Source: an uncultured Actinomycetota bacterium
GTDB lineage: Bacteria; Actinomycetota; Actinomycetes; JAFAQI01
NCBI GenBank assembly: GCA_963770565.1
Contig: CAVYQE010000002.1
Coordinates: 416,001-480,000, forward strand
Direction: 5' to 3'
DNA: 64,000 nucleotides
Of the stretch, positions 29,093 to 37,790 are shown piece by piece. The number at the start of each line of letters is the position of its first letter. Positions within the stretch are counted from its first letter, which is position 1. The position numbers were made by a program, and so were the translations under genes. Below the pieces are notes generated by a model. The model was not told where the DNA came from. It made no database searches and was given only the letters and a program-made list of their open reading frames with translations.

Positions 29093-30592
29093 CTAGCCGG
29101 CCTCCGCCAGGACCTCGTCGACGTACGGCGCGGCGGCGGCTCGCCAGGCCGGGACGAGGTCGAGCCGCAACCGGCGGTCAAGGACATCGTCCGCAGTGAC
29201 CGCGCCCTCGGCTTCCATCGCCCAGGCCACCTCGCACCGCAACGCGGGCACGTCCGCCGCAATCGGGTCGGCCGGGCCGGCCGCGGCCACCTGCGCGGCC
29301 TCGGCACCGAACCGGCGGGTCAACCGATCCGCACCGGTCGCGGCTCGCGGCATCGCGCCGACGAGCGGCAACGTGGTCGTCCGGCAACCCACCCCGTGGT
29401 CGAGCGTCGCCGCGACTCGGTCGACCGCGTCCTGCGCCATCCGTCGGTAGGTGGTCAACTTGCCACCGACGATCACCAGCACGCCGTCCCGGTCGAGCAA
29501 CGCGTGTCGGCGGGACAGGTCCGCGGAGGTCGAGTCGTCGCCGCCGCCGAGCAACGGGCGCAACCCGGCGTACCGGCCGATCACGTCGTCCGACGTGGCC
29601 GGGCGCCGCAGCCGGGTCGAGAGCATGTCGAGCAGGAACCGCTCGTCGGCATCGCTCACCGACGGCACGTCCTCGATCTCGTCGACCGAGTCGTCGGTGA
29701 GACCTACCAACACGGTGCCGTCCGGGCGGGGGGCGGCGAACACGAACCGGTTGAGGGTGCCGGGAAGCAGCAGGTTGATCGCGACCTTCTGGTGGTCGAC
29801 CGCCTCGGCCCGGATTACGAGGTGCGCGCCCTTGCTCGGCTTGAGCGGTACGTCGGCGACCAGGCCGCCCGACCAGACTCCGGCCGCGACGATGACCGAC
29901 CGCGCCCGGACCGCACCGATCTCGCCGGTCAACTCGTCGCGGATCTGCGCGCCATCGCGCGCCACGTCGAGCGCCGTGCAGTGCGTGACGATCCGCGCGC
30001 CCTGGGCCGCCGCGGTGCGAGCCAGCGCCACAACGAGCCGGGCGTCGTCCTCCAACGCGCCGTCAACGTGGATGTAGGAGCCGTGGCAAGGCCGGAGCGA
30101 GGGCGCGAGCGCTTTCGTCTCGTCGGCGTCGGCCCAATGCGTGCGGGGCAACCACTGCGGGGTCCTCGCCGCGGCCCGCAGGCCATCTGCGACGACGAAC
30201 AACATCCGCGATCCGGCCCGACCGCCCCGAGGGCCGCCGGGGAAGTAGGGCAGCAGGAACGGCATCGGCTGCACCAAGTGCGGCGCAATCTTCGTCACCA
30301 GGCGATTGCGCTCGACCGCGGACTCCCACGCGACCCCGACCTGGCCGGCCGCGATGTAACGAACCCCGCCGTGCGCGAGCTTGCTCGACCACCGACTCGT
30401 ACCCGCGGCAAGATCGTTGCGCTCCAGCAACGCCACCGACAGACCACGGCTGGCCGCGTCGAGCGCGACACCCGAGCCGGTGACGCCACCGCCGATCACA
30501 AGGACATCCACCACCTCGCCGGCCAGGAGTGCGGCCAGGTCGGCCCGGCGCCGGGCCGCAGTCAGCCGCGAGCCGGTCACGGCCGCAACCAT
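29093..30592 (-). CDS. glpD: FAD-dependent glycerol-3-phosphate dehydrogenase
   Basis: IGGGVTG...GTSRWSSKLAHGG.RY, GLRPLL, GGKLTTYRRMA. Confidence 0.92.
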   Translation of the reverse strand: MVAAVTGSRLTAARRRADLAALLAGEVVDVLVIGGGVTGSGVALDAASRGLSVALLERNDLAAGTSRWSSKLAHGGVRYIAAGQVGVAWESAVERNRLVTKIAPHLVQPMPFLLPYFPGGPRGGRAGSRMLFVVADGLRAAARTPQWLPRTHWADADETKALAPSLRPCHGSYIHVDGALEDDARLVVALARTAAAQGARIVTHCTALDVARDGAQIRDELTGEIGAVRARSVIVAAGVWSGGLVADVPLKPSKGAHLVIRAEAVDHQKVAINLLLPGTLNRFVFAAPRPDGTVLVGLTDDSVDEIEDVPSVSDADERFLLDMLSTRLRRPATSDDVIGRYAGLRPLLGGGDDSTSADLSRRHALLDRDGVLVIVGGKLTTYRRMAQDAVDRVAATLDHGVGCRTTTLPLVGAMPRAATGADRLTRRFGAEAAQVAAAGPADPIAADVPALRCEVAWAMEAEGAVTADDVLDRRLRLDLVPAWRAAAAPYVDEVLAEAG

Positions 30593-31230
30593 CCGTCGAG
30601 ACCCCGCTCCAGCTCGGCGAGCGCACGGTCCGCACCGATCTCGTCGAACAGCCGCGCGGACACGATCCATGGCAGTGCGGCCATCAACACGCCAGTGGCC
30701 ATCGCCGCAGGAGCGCCGGCGCGGATCGATCCGTCCGCGTGCCCTTCGCTGATCGCACGGCGGACCCGCGCCAGCGCGAGCCGCTGGGTCGAGCCGAGCC
30801 GGATCGTCAGATATGGAAGCAGCAGCTCGGGGTCGACGTCGAGCACCCGGCGGAACAGTGGCTCGGCCGGGAGCCTCCGCGCGGTCTGCACGGTCAGCGC
30901 GACCAACCGCGCCCGCGCCGTGGCCCGGCCTGCGACGCTCGCCTCGATCTCGCTCAGCAACGCACCGAAATCGTGAGTCATGACGTTCAGCAGCAAGGTT
31001 TCGACATCGGGGACGAGGCGGTAGAGAGTCATCCGGCTGACCCCGGCCCGCCGGGCAACGTCGGTCAACGTCGTACGACGAACACCGACCGCGAGCACGG
31101 ACTCGCGGACCGCGGCCGCAATCTCGTCCGGCACTGGTCGACTCAGTGCCGGACGTTCAGCGCCGGTCCGTGGCAGGGCGGCAGGCGGCCCGGAGTCGGA
31201 GTGGGCCCGCTTGTGACGTTGAGACGCCAT
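30577..31230 (-). CDS. TetR family regulator (Rv2250c-like)
   Basis: VGVRRTTLTDVARRAGVSRMTLYR HTH. Confidence 0.9.
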   Translation of the reverse strand: MASQRHKRAHSDSGPPAALPRTGAERPALSRPVPDEIAAAVRESVLAVGVRRTTLTDVARRAGVSRMTLYRLVPDVETLLLNVMTHDFGALLSEIEASVAGRATARARLVALTVQTARRLPAEPLFRRVLDVDPELLLPYLTIRLGSTQRLALARVRRAISEGHADGSIRAGAPAAMATGVLMAALPWIVSARLFDEIGADRALAELERGLDGWLRP

Positions 31231-31248
31231 GTGTCACACTGTAGCGCG

Positions 31249-32883
31249 ATGGACAACGGCTCGTCATGGACCTCGTGGGGCGCCTCACAACCGGACCTGA
31301 CGCGATCCGGGCGCTCGCTGCTGAAGGCCGCCCTGGGGCCGCTATCCCCGCAGGAACCGCTGCCGATCGAACGCGCGGTCGTGCCGGCCTCCGCGCTGCC
31401 GGCTGCGGTCAAGGCGGAACTGGTCGAGGCGCTCGGCCCGGACGGTGTCGCCGATGACGATGCCGCTCGGGCGCGGCATGCCGGCGGTCAGGCCTATGCC
31501 GACCTCGTCCGGCGCCGCCGCGGCGACGCCTCCGACGCACCGGACGCCGTGCTGCTGCCGCCGCATACAGCGGCCATCGCCGACGTACTCCGGATCTGCT
31601 CCGCTCACCGGGTCGCGATCGTGCCGTGGGGCGGCGGCACCAGCGTCGTCGGCGGGCTGTCGGCACACCGCGGCGAGTTCGAGTCGGTCGTCGCACTCGA
31701 CCTGGCTCGCCTCGACCGGCTGATCAGCGTCGACACGGTGTCGCACACCGCAACCTTCGAGCCGGGTATCCGGACCCCCGACGCCGAAGCCGCGCTGGCC
31801 GAATACGGCTTGACCCTCGGCCATGTGCCGCAGAGCTTCGAACGCGCCTCTCTCGGCGGGTACGTCGTCACCCGCTCGGCCGGCCAGGCCTCGAGCGGCC
31901 GTGGCCGGATCGACGACATGCTCGTCGGTTGCCGGTTGCTCACCCCGCGGGGCGAGCTCGACCTGCCGGCGATGCCGGGCAGCGCCGCCGGGCCGGACCT
32001 GCGCCGGCTGGTGCTCGGATCCGAAGGCACCCTCGGCATCGTGACCGAGGTGACCCTGCGCGTGCAGGCGATCCCTGAGACCAAGCGGTACGAAGGCTGG
32101 AGCGCGCGAAGCTGGGAGGACGGCGTGCGGATCATGCGCCGGATCGCGCAGGAAGGACCCAAGCCGGACATCGTGCGTTTGTCCGACCCGGAGGAGACCA
32201 AGATCTCCCTCGCCTTGTCCGCGACGGCGGGATGGAAGCGACGTGGGCTCGACCAGTGGCTCCGCATGCACCACGTACGCGAGGGCTGCCTGATCATCGT
32301 CGGCTTCGAGGGCTCCGCTCGCGACGTGCGCTACCGCCGGAGCGAGGTACGCCGACTGCTCCGCGCGGAGCGCGCCGTACCGCTCGGTGCGAGTGCGGGC
32401 AACTCGTGGGCCCACCACCGGTTCACCGCGCCGTACCTCCGGGACACGATGCTCGACGCCGGCGTGCTCGCCGAAACCCTCGAGACCGCAACGGTCTGGT
32501 CGCGCCTGCCGGAGCTGTACGAGGCGGTCCGCACCGCACTCACGAATTCGTTGCGGCACAAGGACAAACTGCCGCTGGTGGGCTGCCACATCTCGCACCT
32601 GTATCCGACCGGGGCGTCGCTGTATTTCACCGTGCTCGCGCATGCCGACCCCGGTCGCGAGGTGGAGCAGTGGACGGCAGCCAAACGCGCCACGAACGAC
32701 GCGATCGTCGGTGCGGGCGGCACGGTCAGTCACCACCACGCGGTCGGCACGGTTCACCGGGAGTACGTCACGACCGACCTCGGCGGCGCGGACGGCGTCG
32801 GCGTGGAGGCACTGCGGGCGCTGAAGGCCTACCTCGACCCGGCCGGGATCCTCAACCCCGGAAAGCTCCTGCCGGAGCCGTGA
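31249..32883 (+). CDS. FAD-binding oxidoreductase, alkyl-DHAP synthase-like (Rv2251-like)
   Basis: PWGGGTSVVGG, GH.PQSFE...LGG...RSAGQ, GSEGTLG, SHHHAVG, DPAGILNPGK. Confidence 0.88.
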   Translation: MDNGSSWTSWGASQPDLTRSGRSLLKAALGPLSPQEPLPIERAVVPASALPAAVKAELVEALGPDGVADDDAARARHAGGQAYADLVRRRRGDASDAPDAVLLPPHTAAIADVLRICSAHRVAIVPWGGGTSVVGGLSAHRGEFESVVALDLARLDRLISVDTVSHTATFEPGIRTPDAEAALAEYGLTLGHVPQSFERASLGGYVVTRSAGQASSGRGRIDDMLVGCRLLTPRGELDLPAMPGSAAGPDLRRLVLGSEGTLGIVTEVTLRVQAIPETKRYEGWSARSWEDGVRIMRRIAQEGPKPDIVRLSDPEETKISLALSATAGWKRRGLDQWLRMHHVREGCLIIVGFEGSARDVRYRRSEVRRLLRAERAVPLGASAGNSWAHHRFTAPYLRDTMLDAGVLAETLETATVWSRLPELYEAVRTALTNSLRHKDKLPLVGCHISHLYPTGASLYFTVLAHADPGREVEQWTAAKRATNDAIVGAGGTVSHHHAVGTVHREYVTTDLGGADGVGVEALRALKAYLDPAGILNPGKLLPEP

Positions 32884-32898
32884 TGTCGCGACGACCCG

Positions 32899-33336
32899 CT
32901 ATGGCGTCGCGGTCGCCGTCGTACCGGTCGTGGTCGGAGTCGACGTCGGCGTCGAGGTGACGGTGACAGTCACCGTCGGCGTCGGGCTGACCGGGGGCGA
33001 GCTCACGCTCGGCGTCGGTGAGGTGGATGACGCCGACGGGGTCGGCTTGGGCCCCTTGAAGTCAGACAGGAGCGCATCCGCGGCATCGTCGATCTTCTGC
33101 GCGCGGGTCGGGGTGAGCTCACCTTTGGTCTGGAGCGAGGCGACCTCATTGCGCAGGTCGTTGACTGCCTTCGCGAGTTGACCCTTGCTCTTGCCGGTCG
33201 CTGCGGTCCGAACCGCTGCGACGTACGACGACAACGCGCTCGCCGCCTTAGCCGAGATCGGGCTGGTGGTCGTCGGCGCGCAGCCGGCCGCAGCAACGCA
33301 CGTCGCCGCCACGAGTCCGATCACGAATCGCTTCAT
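32899..33336 (-). CDS. Lipoprotein with Pro/Thr-rich tail
   Basis: MKRFVIG...AAGC lipobox; ATGA overlap with the kinase gene. Confidence 0.6.
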   Translation of the reverse strand: MKRFVIGLVAATCVAAAGCAPTTTSPISAKAASALSSYVAAVRTAATGKSKGQLAKAVNDLRNEVASLQTKGELTPTRAQKIDDAADALLSDFKGPKPTPSASSTSPTPSVSSPPVSPTPTVTVTVTSTPTSTPTTTGTTATATP

Positions 33337-34463
33337 CGGCAGGTCAACCGCTCGAGTCGCTGCATGTCGGCTTGCAGTTTCGCCGACAGCCCGGGCGTCG
33401 TGGTCACACAACTGCTGCCGGTGTTGGTGTTGTTGTTGCGGTTGACCAGCACGACACCGACAACCGCCGCGGCCACGATCACGAGCACGACCGCGCAGAC
33501 GGCGAGCCAACGTCCACGGCGACTCGGCGGGGCGGCGGCGAGCGGAGCCTGGACCGGCGCCGGCTGACGGGGCATCACGGTGGTCGCCATCGGGATCGCC
33601 ATGGTCGGGGCGTCACTCGGCGGGAGCGGCATCGCGCCGGTCCGCACGTCGCCCGAGGAAATTCGCACCAGGCGGTCGACCACCTGCGCCGCGGACAGCC
33701 GTGCCGCGGGCGATCGAGCGGTCATCCCCACCAGGAGGTCGCGCCAGCCGGGGCCAAGATCGGCCGGCAGGTCCGGCGGGCGAGTCAGCCGAGCCATCGC
33801 CGCCTCGAGCGGCGGGCCGTCGTACTCACGCCGGCCGGTCAGGCACTCGAGCAGCATCAGGCCGAGAGCGTAGACGTCAGCGGGCGGCCCGACCGGCTCG
33901 CCGGAGACCTGCTCGGGCGCGAAGTAGGCCGGGGTGCCGAGCACGTCACCGGCCTGGGTGAGGTGCGCCGAGTCGACCAGCCGGGCGATCCCGAAGTCCG
34001 CGAGATGGACCCGCCCACCGCTCGAGATCAGCACGTTGGCGGGCTTCACGTCGCGGTGGACGAGGCCCTGGCCGTGGACGTAGGCAAGGGCGTCGGCGAC
34101 CGCGGTTCCGACCTCCGCGGTACGCGCCGGGGTAAGCGGGCCGAGGCGCAGCCGCTCGGACAGCGTGGAGCCCTCGACGAGCTCCATGACAAGGTACGGA
34201 TGACCGGTCTCCGGATCCGTCCCGGCGTCGAAGACCGTGACCAGGGAGGGATGGTTGAGCCGCGCCAGGGTGCGCATCTCGTCCTCGTGGCGCTGCAGCT
34301 CCTCGGCCACGTCGCCGCGGAACAGCTTGACCGCGACACCGCGTTCGAGCCGCTCGTCAACGGCCCGGTAGACCTCGGCGACGCCACCGGAACCCAGCAG
34401 CTCACCGAGCCGATACCGGCCGTCGAGAAGGCGGCCGGAGGCGTCGGTCGGGCCGTTGGTCAT
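33333..34463 (-). CDS. Membrane Ser/Thr protein kinase (Hanks type)
   Basis: GSGGVAEV, VAVK, HRDVKPAN, DFG, GTPAYFAPE; C-terminal TM. Confidence 0.95.
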   Translation of the reverse strand: MTNGPTDASGRLLDGRYRLGELLGSGGVAEVYRAVDERLERGVAVKLFRGDVAEELQRHEDEMRTLARLNHPSLVTVFDAGTDPETGHPYLVMELVEGSTLSERLRLGPLTPARTAEVGTAVADALAYVHGQGLVHRDVKPANVLISSGGRVHLADFGIARLVDSAHLTQAGDVLGTPAYFAPEQVSGEPVGPPADVYALGLMLLECLTGRREYDGPPLEAAMARLTRPPDLPADLGPGWRDLLVGMTARSPAARLSAAQVVDRLVRISSGDVRTGAMPLPPSDAPTMAIPMATTVMPRQPAPVQAPLAAAPPSRRGRWLAVCAVVLVIVAAAVVGVVLVNRNNNTNTGSSCVTTTPGLSAKLQADMQRLERLTCR

Positions 34464-34518
34464 GGCCCCAGCATTGCGGGCGGCCAAGGCCTGAGCCAAA
34501 TCGGGGCGGGCGATCGCC

Positions 34519-34857
34519 CTAACAGGCCGGTGGAATCACGATGTACGGGAGCGGCGAGGGCGGCTCGAGGATGTCCTCTGCGTTGAGCAGCGCGCACACC
34601 CGGCGTACCGAGTTGTTGGCGCCCTCGACGACGAGGAGGCGGCCTTCCTCGCGCAGCGCATCGGCGGCGCCGAGGATGACGGCGAGCGACAGCACGTCCA
34701 TGAACGTCACGTCATCGAAGTTGAGGACGATGGTCGACGTCGGCCTGGTGCAGGCCTCGTCCAGCAGGTCGCGAAGCGCGTCAACACTTACCAAGTCGAG
34801 GTCGCCGTGCAGCATCGCCACCGTGGTGTCGCGCCGCACGTCCACCTCGCCGAGCAC
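34519..34857 (-). CDS. STAS-domain anti-sigma factor antagonist (start uncertain)
   Basis: LHGDLD...IVLNFDDVTFMD...VRRV. Confidence 0.75.
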   Translation of the reverse strand: MLGEVDVRRDTTVAMLHGDLDLVSVDALRDLLDEACTRPTSTIVLNFDDVTFMDVLSLAVILGAADALREEGRLLVVEGANNSVRRVCALLNAEDILEPPSPLPYIVIPPAC

Positions 34858-35024
34858 GGCTCGCCCTCTCGTCAGCAGTCCTGCCAACCTTGACCGTAAC
34901 GACCTGCGAGGCAATTCGTCAGCCAATTCAGGCGACTGATCGCGGCATGTCGGACGACGAACCTGGCAAACTGGCCGGGCGGCCACAAGCGAGCGCGAAT
35001 TGGACAGCGCGACGGCCGAGATCC

Positions 35025-35097
35025 GCCCTCGTAGCTCAGGGGATAGAGCAACCGCCTCCTAAGCGGTAGGTCACAGGTTCAAATCCTGTCGGGGGCA
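35025..35097 (+). tRNA. tRNA-Arg (anticodon CCT), CCA not encoded; casposon target
   Basis: GCCCTCGTAGCTCAGGGGATAGAGCAACCGCCTCCTAAGCGGTAGGTCACAGGTTCAAATCCTGTCGGGGGCA cloverleaf. Confidence 0.96.
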
Positions 35098-35109
35098 CTT
35101 CGTGCCGGT
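35095..35109 (+). repeat. Left 15-bp target-site duplication
   Basis: GCACTTCGTGCCGGT, identical to 54936-54950; includes the last 3 nt of the tRNA. Confidence 0.95.
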
Positions 35110-35167
35110 GGGAAGGGATGGGAAGGGCCAAAAGAAGGGCCACCCAAACGAACAACAGCCCCCGAAC
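35110..35167 (+). repeat. Left terminal inverted repeat (58 bp)
   Basis: GGGAAGGGATGGGAAGGGCCAAAAGAAGGGCCACCCAAACGAACAACAGCCCCCGAAC, exact reverse complement of 54878-54935. Confidence 0.96.
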
Positions 35168-35354
35168 ACCAGCGCCGGCAAAGGAAAAGCCAGCCACCGC
35201 CACAGCAACGACGCCACAACAGCAGCTCAGCCCACGCGTCCGAACGCGTACGACGTGCAGGCACTCGCGTTCGGGTTCTCGGCAACGGATTCGGCAGCGA
35301 GATCAGGACCGAGCGGGAGGTGCGATGACCTGCGCGAGCACGACCCGCTCATTG

Positions 35355-36530
35355 CTACATGAATTCGACAGCCGCGATTACGTCTCGGGCGGCGAACCTC
35401 CGCCCATACGCCCGGCCGGTCATCTCGGTAAGAACACCTATTTCTACGAGCCGGTCGATCACGCTCTTCGCGGTTGGTGCAGACACCCCGTATTGAGTTG
35501 AGATGAACGAGGCAGTGAGCACCGGCCAGTCGATCAGATCGGCGGCAACTCGGACGATCACACCGCTCCAGTGCCGCTCGTTCAATTGGTCTCGCACGCC
35601 TGCAAGCCATTCGATAAGGGACTGCGCGGACCGAACAAGACTCTCAGACTGTTCGCAGAGAGCTTGGCAGAAGAAGGTGACCCAAGGGTTCCAGTCCCCG
35701 GACTGACTAACCGCGAGAAGGTGCCCTTGGTACTCGTCACGACGCTTCAATAGCCAAGGCGAGATGGTGATCGCTGGCTCTGTCAGTACACCGTGCATGA
35801 GTAGCTCAAGAACAACAAGCAGCCGGCCGATACGCCCGTTGCCGTCCCCAAAGGGGTGCAGCGCCTCGAATTGGTAGTGCGCCATCGCACATCGAAGAGG
35901 AGGGGGTAGGGGGAGGTCTCGGTACAGCCAGTGCTGCCACTGGTCGAGACCGGACCGCAGACGGTCGTCTGGCGGAGGGGGGATGTAGCGCGCGTCATAG
36001 ACCGTGCAACCGCGCGGACCTATCAGCACCTGGTGCTCTCGCACCTTGCCAGGATCTCGGGGCGCCGTTCGTGACTCCCTTGCGAGAATCGCTTGCAGGT
36101 CCTCCAGGAGCCCGATTGTGATCGGTCGCCCCTCACGCATCCACGCGAAGGCTTGGTAGGCCATGCGCTCATACGCCCGAATCTCTGCAACTTCCGGCGA
36201 GGATGGCCGCGCTTGCGGAAGTCGCGCTTCGAGGACGTCGGCCAGTGCGCCATAGGTACCCTCAAGGGCCGAAGTGTCGACAGCTTCGCGCGCCAACGCG
36301 GGCGCTATGAGGATCTGAGGATTGGGTAGTGGCGTGCATGCCTGACGCAGGCCGCTGATCGCGCCCGCGGCCTGCGATACGGCGTTCCAGGTCTCGTTGC
36401 TGAGATCGACCTCGGTCGGAAGGGGATCTGGCAGGAAGGCGAAGTACGAGTATTCACGCAGGTACTCGTCGGTGCCCTGAATTGGTACCAGTTGTCCGAT
36501 TGGACTCTTCCCAAGAGCGTCGAGGTCCAT
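35355..36530 (-). CDS. Fic/DOC family protein with C-terminal wHTH
   Basis: HYQFEALHPFGDGNGRIGR canonical Fic motif; SALEG (inhibitory-like); C-terminal 'YGVSAPTAKSVIDRLVEIGVL'. Confidence 0.92.
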   Translation of the reverse strand: MDLDALGKSPIGQLVPIQGTDEYLREYSYFAFLPDPLPTEVDLSNETWNAVSQAAGAISGLRQACTPLPNPQILIAPALAREAVDTSALEGTYGALADVLEARLPQARPSSPEVAEIRAYERMAYQAFAWMREGRPITIGLLEDLQAILARESRTAPRDPGKVREHQVLIGPRGCTVYDARYIPPPPDDRLRSGLDQWQHWLYRDLPLPPPLRCAMAHYQFEALHPFGDGNGRIGRLLVVLELLMHGVLTEPAITISPWLLKRRDEYQGHLLAVSQSGDWNPWVTFFCQALCEQSESLVRSAQSLIEWLAGVRDQLNERHWSGVIVRVAADLIDWPVLTASFISTQYGVSAPTAKSVIDRLVEIGVLTEMTGRAYGRRFAARDVIAAVEFM

Positions 36531-36554
36531 GATCGAAAGAGTAACGCCCAAAGT

Positions 36555-36639
36555 CCTAACATCTCTGCACAAGATGTTAGGGACCCCCTTCCAATTCCAC
36601 CGGTGGAATTTAGGGGGAGCGGCCTAACCCTTAACATCT
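36555..36639. promoter_or_regulatory. Palindrome cluster upstream of fic
   Basis: CCTAACATCT-N7-AGATGTTAGG, perfect AATTCCACCGGTGGAATT, third TAACATCT copy. Confidence 0.5.
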
Positions 36640-36915
36640 GCCCCTTGCCTGTGCCCCGAATACGCCTTACGGCAGGGTGGCGCCGCGTGGCTACGCCTGC
36701 GGTCGGCGCGGCTCGTCCCGCTTGCCGTAGCCCGCTCAGCCGAGCGCACCGTCGTTGTCGAAGTACGCTGAGCAGCGCACCGCGGCCCCCTGTTTCAGCT
36801 GATCCAGACGACCACGCCAACAGCAACGAAACAGGCGACGAACACGCTGCTCCATCCGAGTGATCGAACGCGTGTGTGATTGCCAAGGGGTCAACCCCCG
36901 CTATACCTTGTAATC

Positions 36916-36965
36916 ACTGCTCCCCGCCGTCCGGACTTCGGTCCGCACTGGCGGGGCTTTATTTT
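36916..36965 (+). ncRNA. Candidate small structured RNA convergent with the NYN gene
   Basis: TTGCCA-N18-TACCTT promoter-like sequence, then CCCCGCC/GGCGGGG stem with CGGAC-TTCG-GTCCG hairpin and TTTATTTT tract. Confidence 0.35.
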
Positions 36966-37561
36966 GCGTAGCGAGTGCTGTCTTTCACCTTCATGTACGT
37001 GGGCATTGTGATCCAGATGCATGGGGCGCGCCGATTGCCCGTCGCTGCGATACACCGCTTGTAGTGGTTCGGGCCGTCCCAGCCGGCTGTCATCGGCCAG
37101 GGAAACGCGCGGCCGTGCAGGTCGAAGGCTGCATCGAGTGGCGGTTTCAGGTCTGTGTCGGTAGTGAAGATCACTCCAATGTCGTACTCGTCGTTGATCG
37201 CCATCATCACGAAATCGACCGCGAGCTGTACGTCTACGCTCTTCTCGCGTGGCGCGCCACCGTCGTCGTAGTGCAGCGGCTTGAGGATGACCTCGGTGCG
37301 GGTCGGATCTGCCCTTCGCAGCGCGGCCGTGTGCTTGCGCACCGCACCGTAGCCCTTGGGGTCCTGTTCGTTGCTTGGGAGTCCGCGGTAGATACGGACC
37401 TGCTTCAACTTCGCGTCGGGGATGCGGCTCACGATGTGTTCGGCCAGCGGGATGGGTCGTATCTGACCGCATTGGGACGGTGAGTCTTCAACATGAAACG
37501 ACTCGCGAGCGCCCTTATAGACGTTCTGCCAGTCAAGGAATACGACTACGCGCTTTGACAC
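36959..37561 (-). CDS. NYN-domain (PIN-like, LabA/DUF88) putative ribonuclease
   Basis: VFLDWQNV, EKSVDVQLAVD, FTTDTDLKP acidic motifs. Confidence 0.88.
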   Translation of the reverse strand: MSKRVVVFLDWQNVYKGARESFHVEDSPSQCGQIRPIPLAEHIVSRIPDAKLKQVRIYRGLPSNEQDPKGYGAVRKHTAALRRADPTRTEVILKPLHYDDGGAPREKSVDVQLAVDFVMMAINDEYDIGVIFTTDTDLKPPLDAAFDLHGRAFPWPMTAGWDGPNHYKRCIAATGNRRAPCIWITMPTYMKVKDSTRYAK

Positions 37562-37790
37562 ACCAAGATCATCGCACTAACCGATTGGGGTGTGTGGTCA
37601 TCCACTGCGCCTCCGGCGGCAAGGTCCAGACCACCGGCGGCGCCCCGCCAGACGTTATGGCATCGGATCGCCAATTGCGCTGACAGACATAGTCATGGGC
37701 GGTAAACAGGCACCGTCACGCACCGCTACCGAAAGGACGCGCCATAGCAAAGGTCGCCCCGTTTTGTCACGTCACACATCACCGGTTTGT

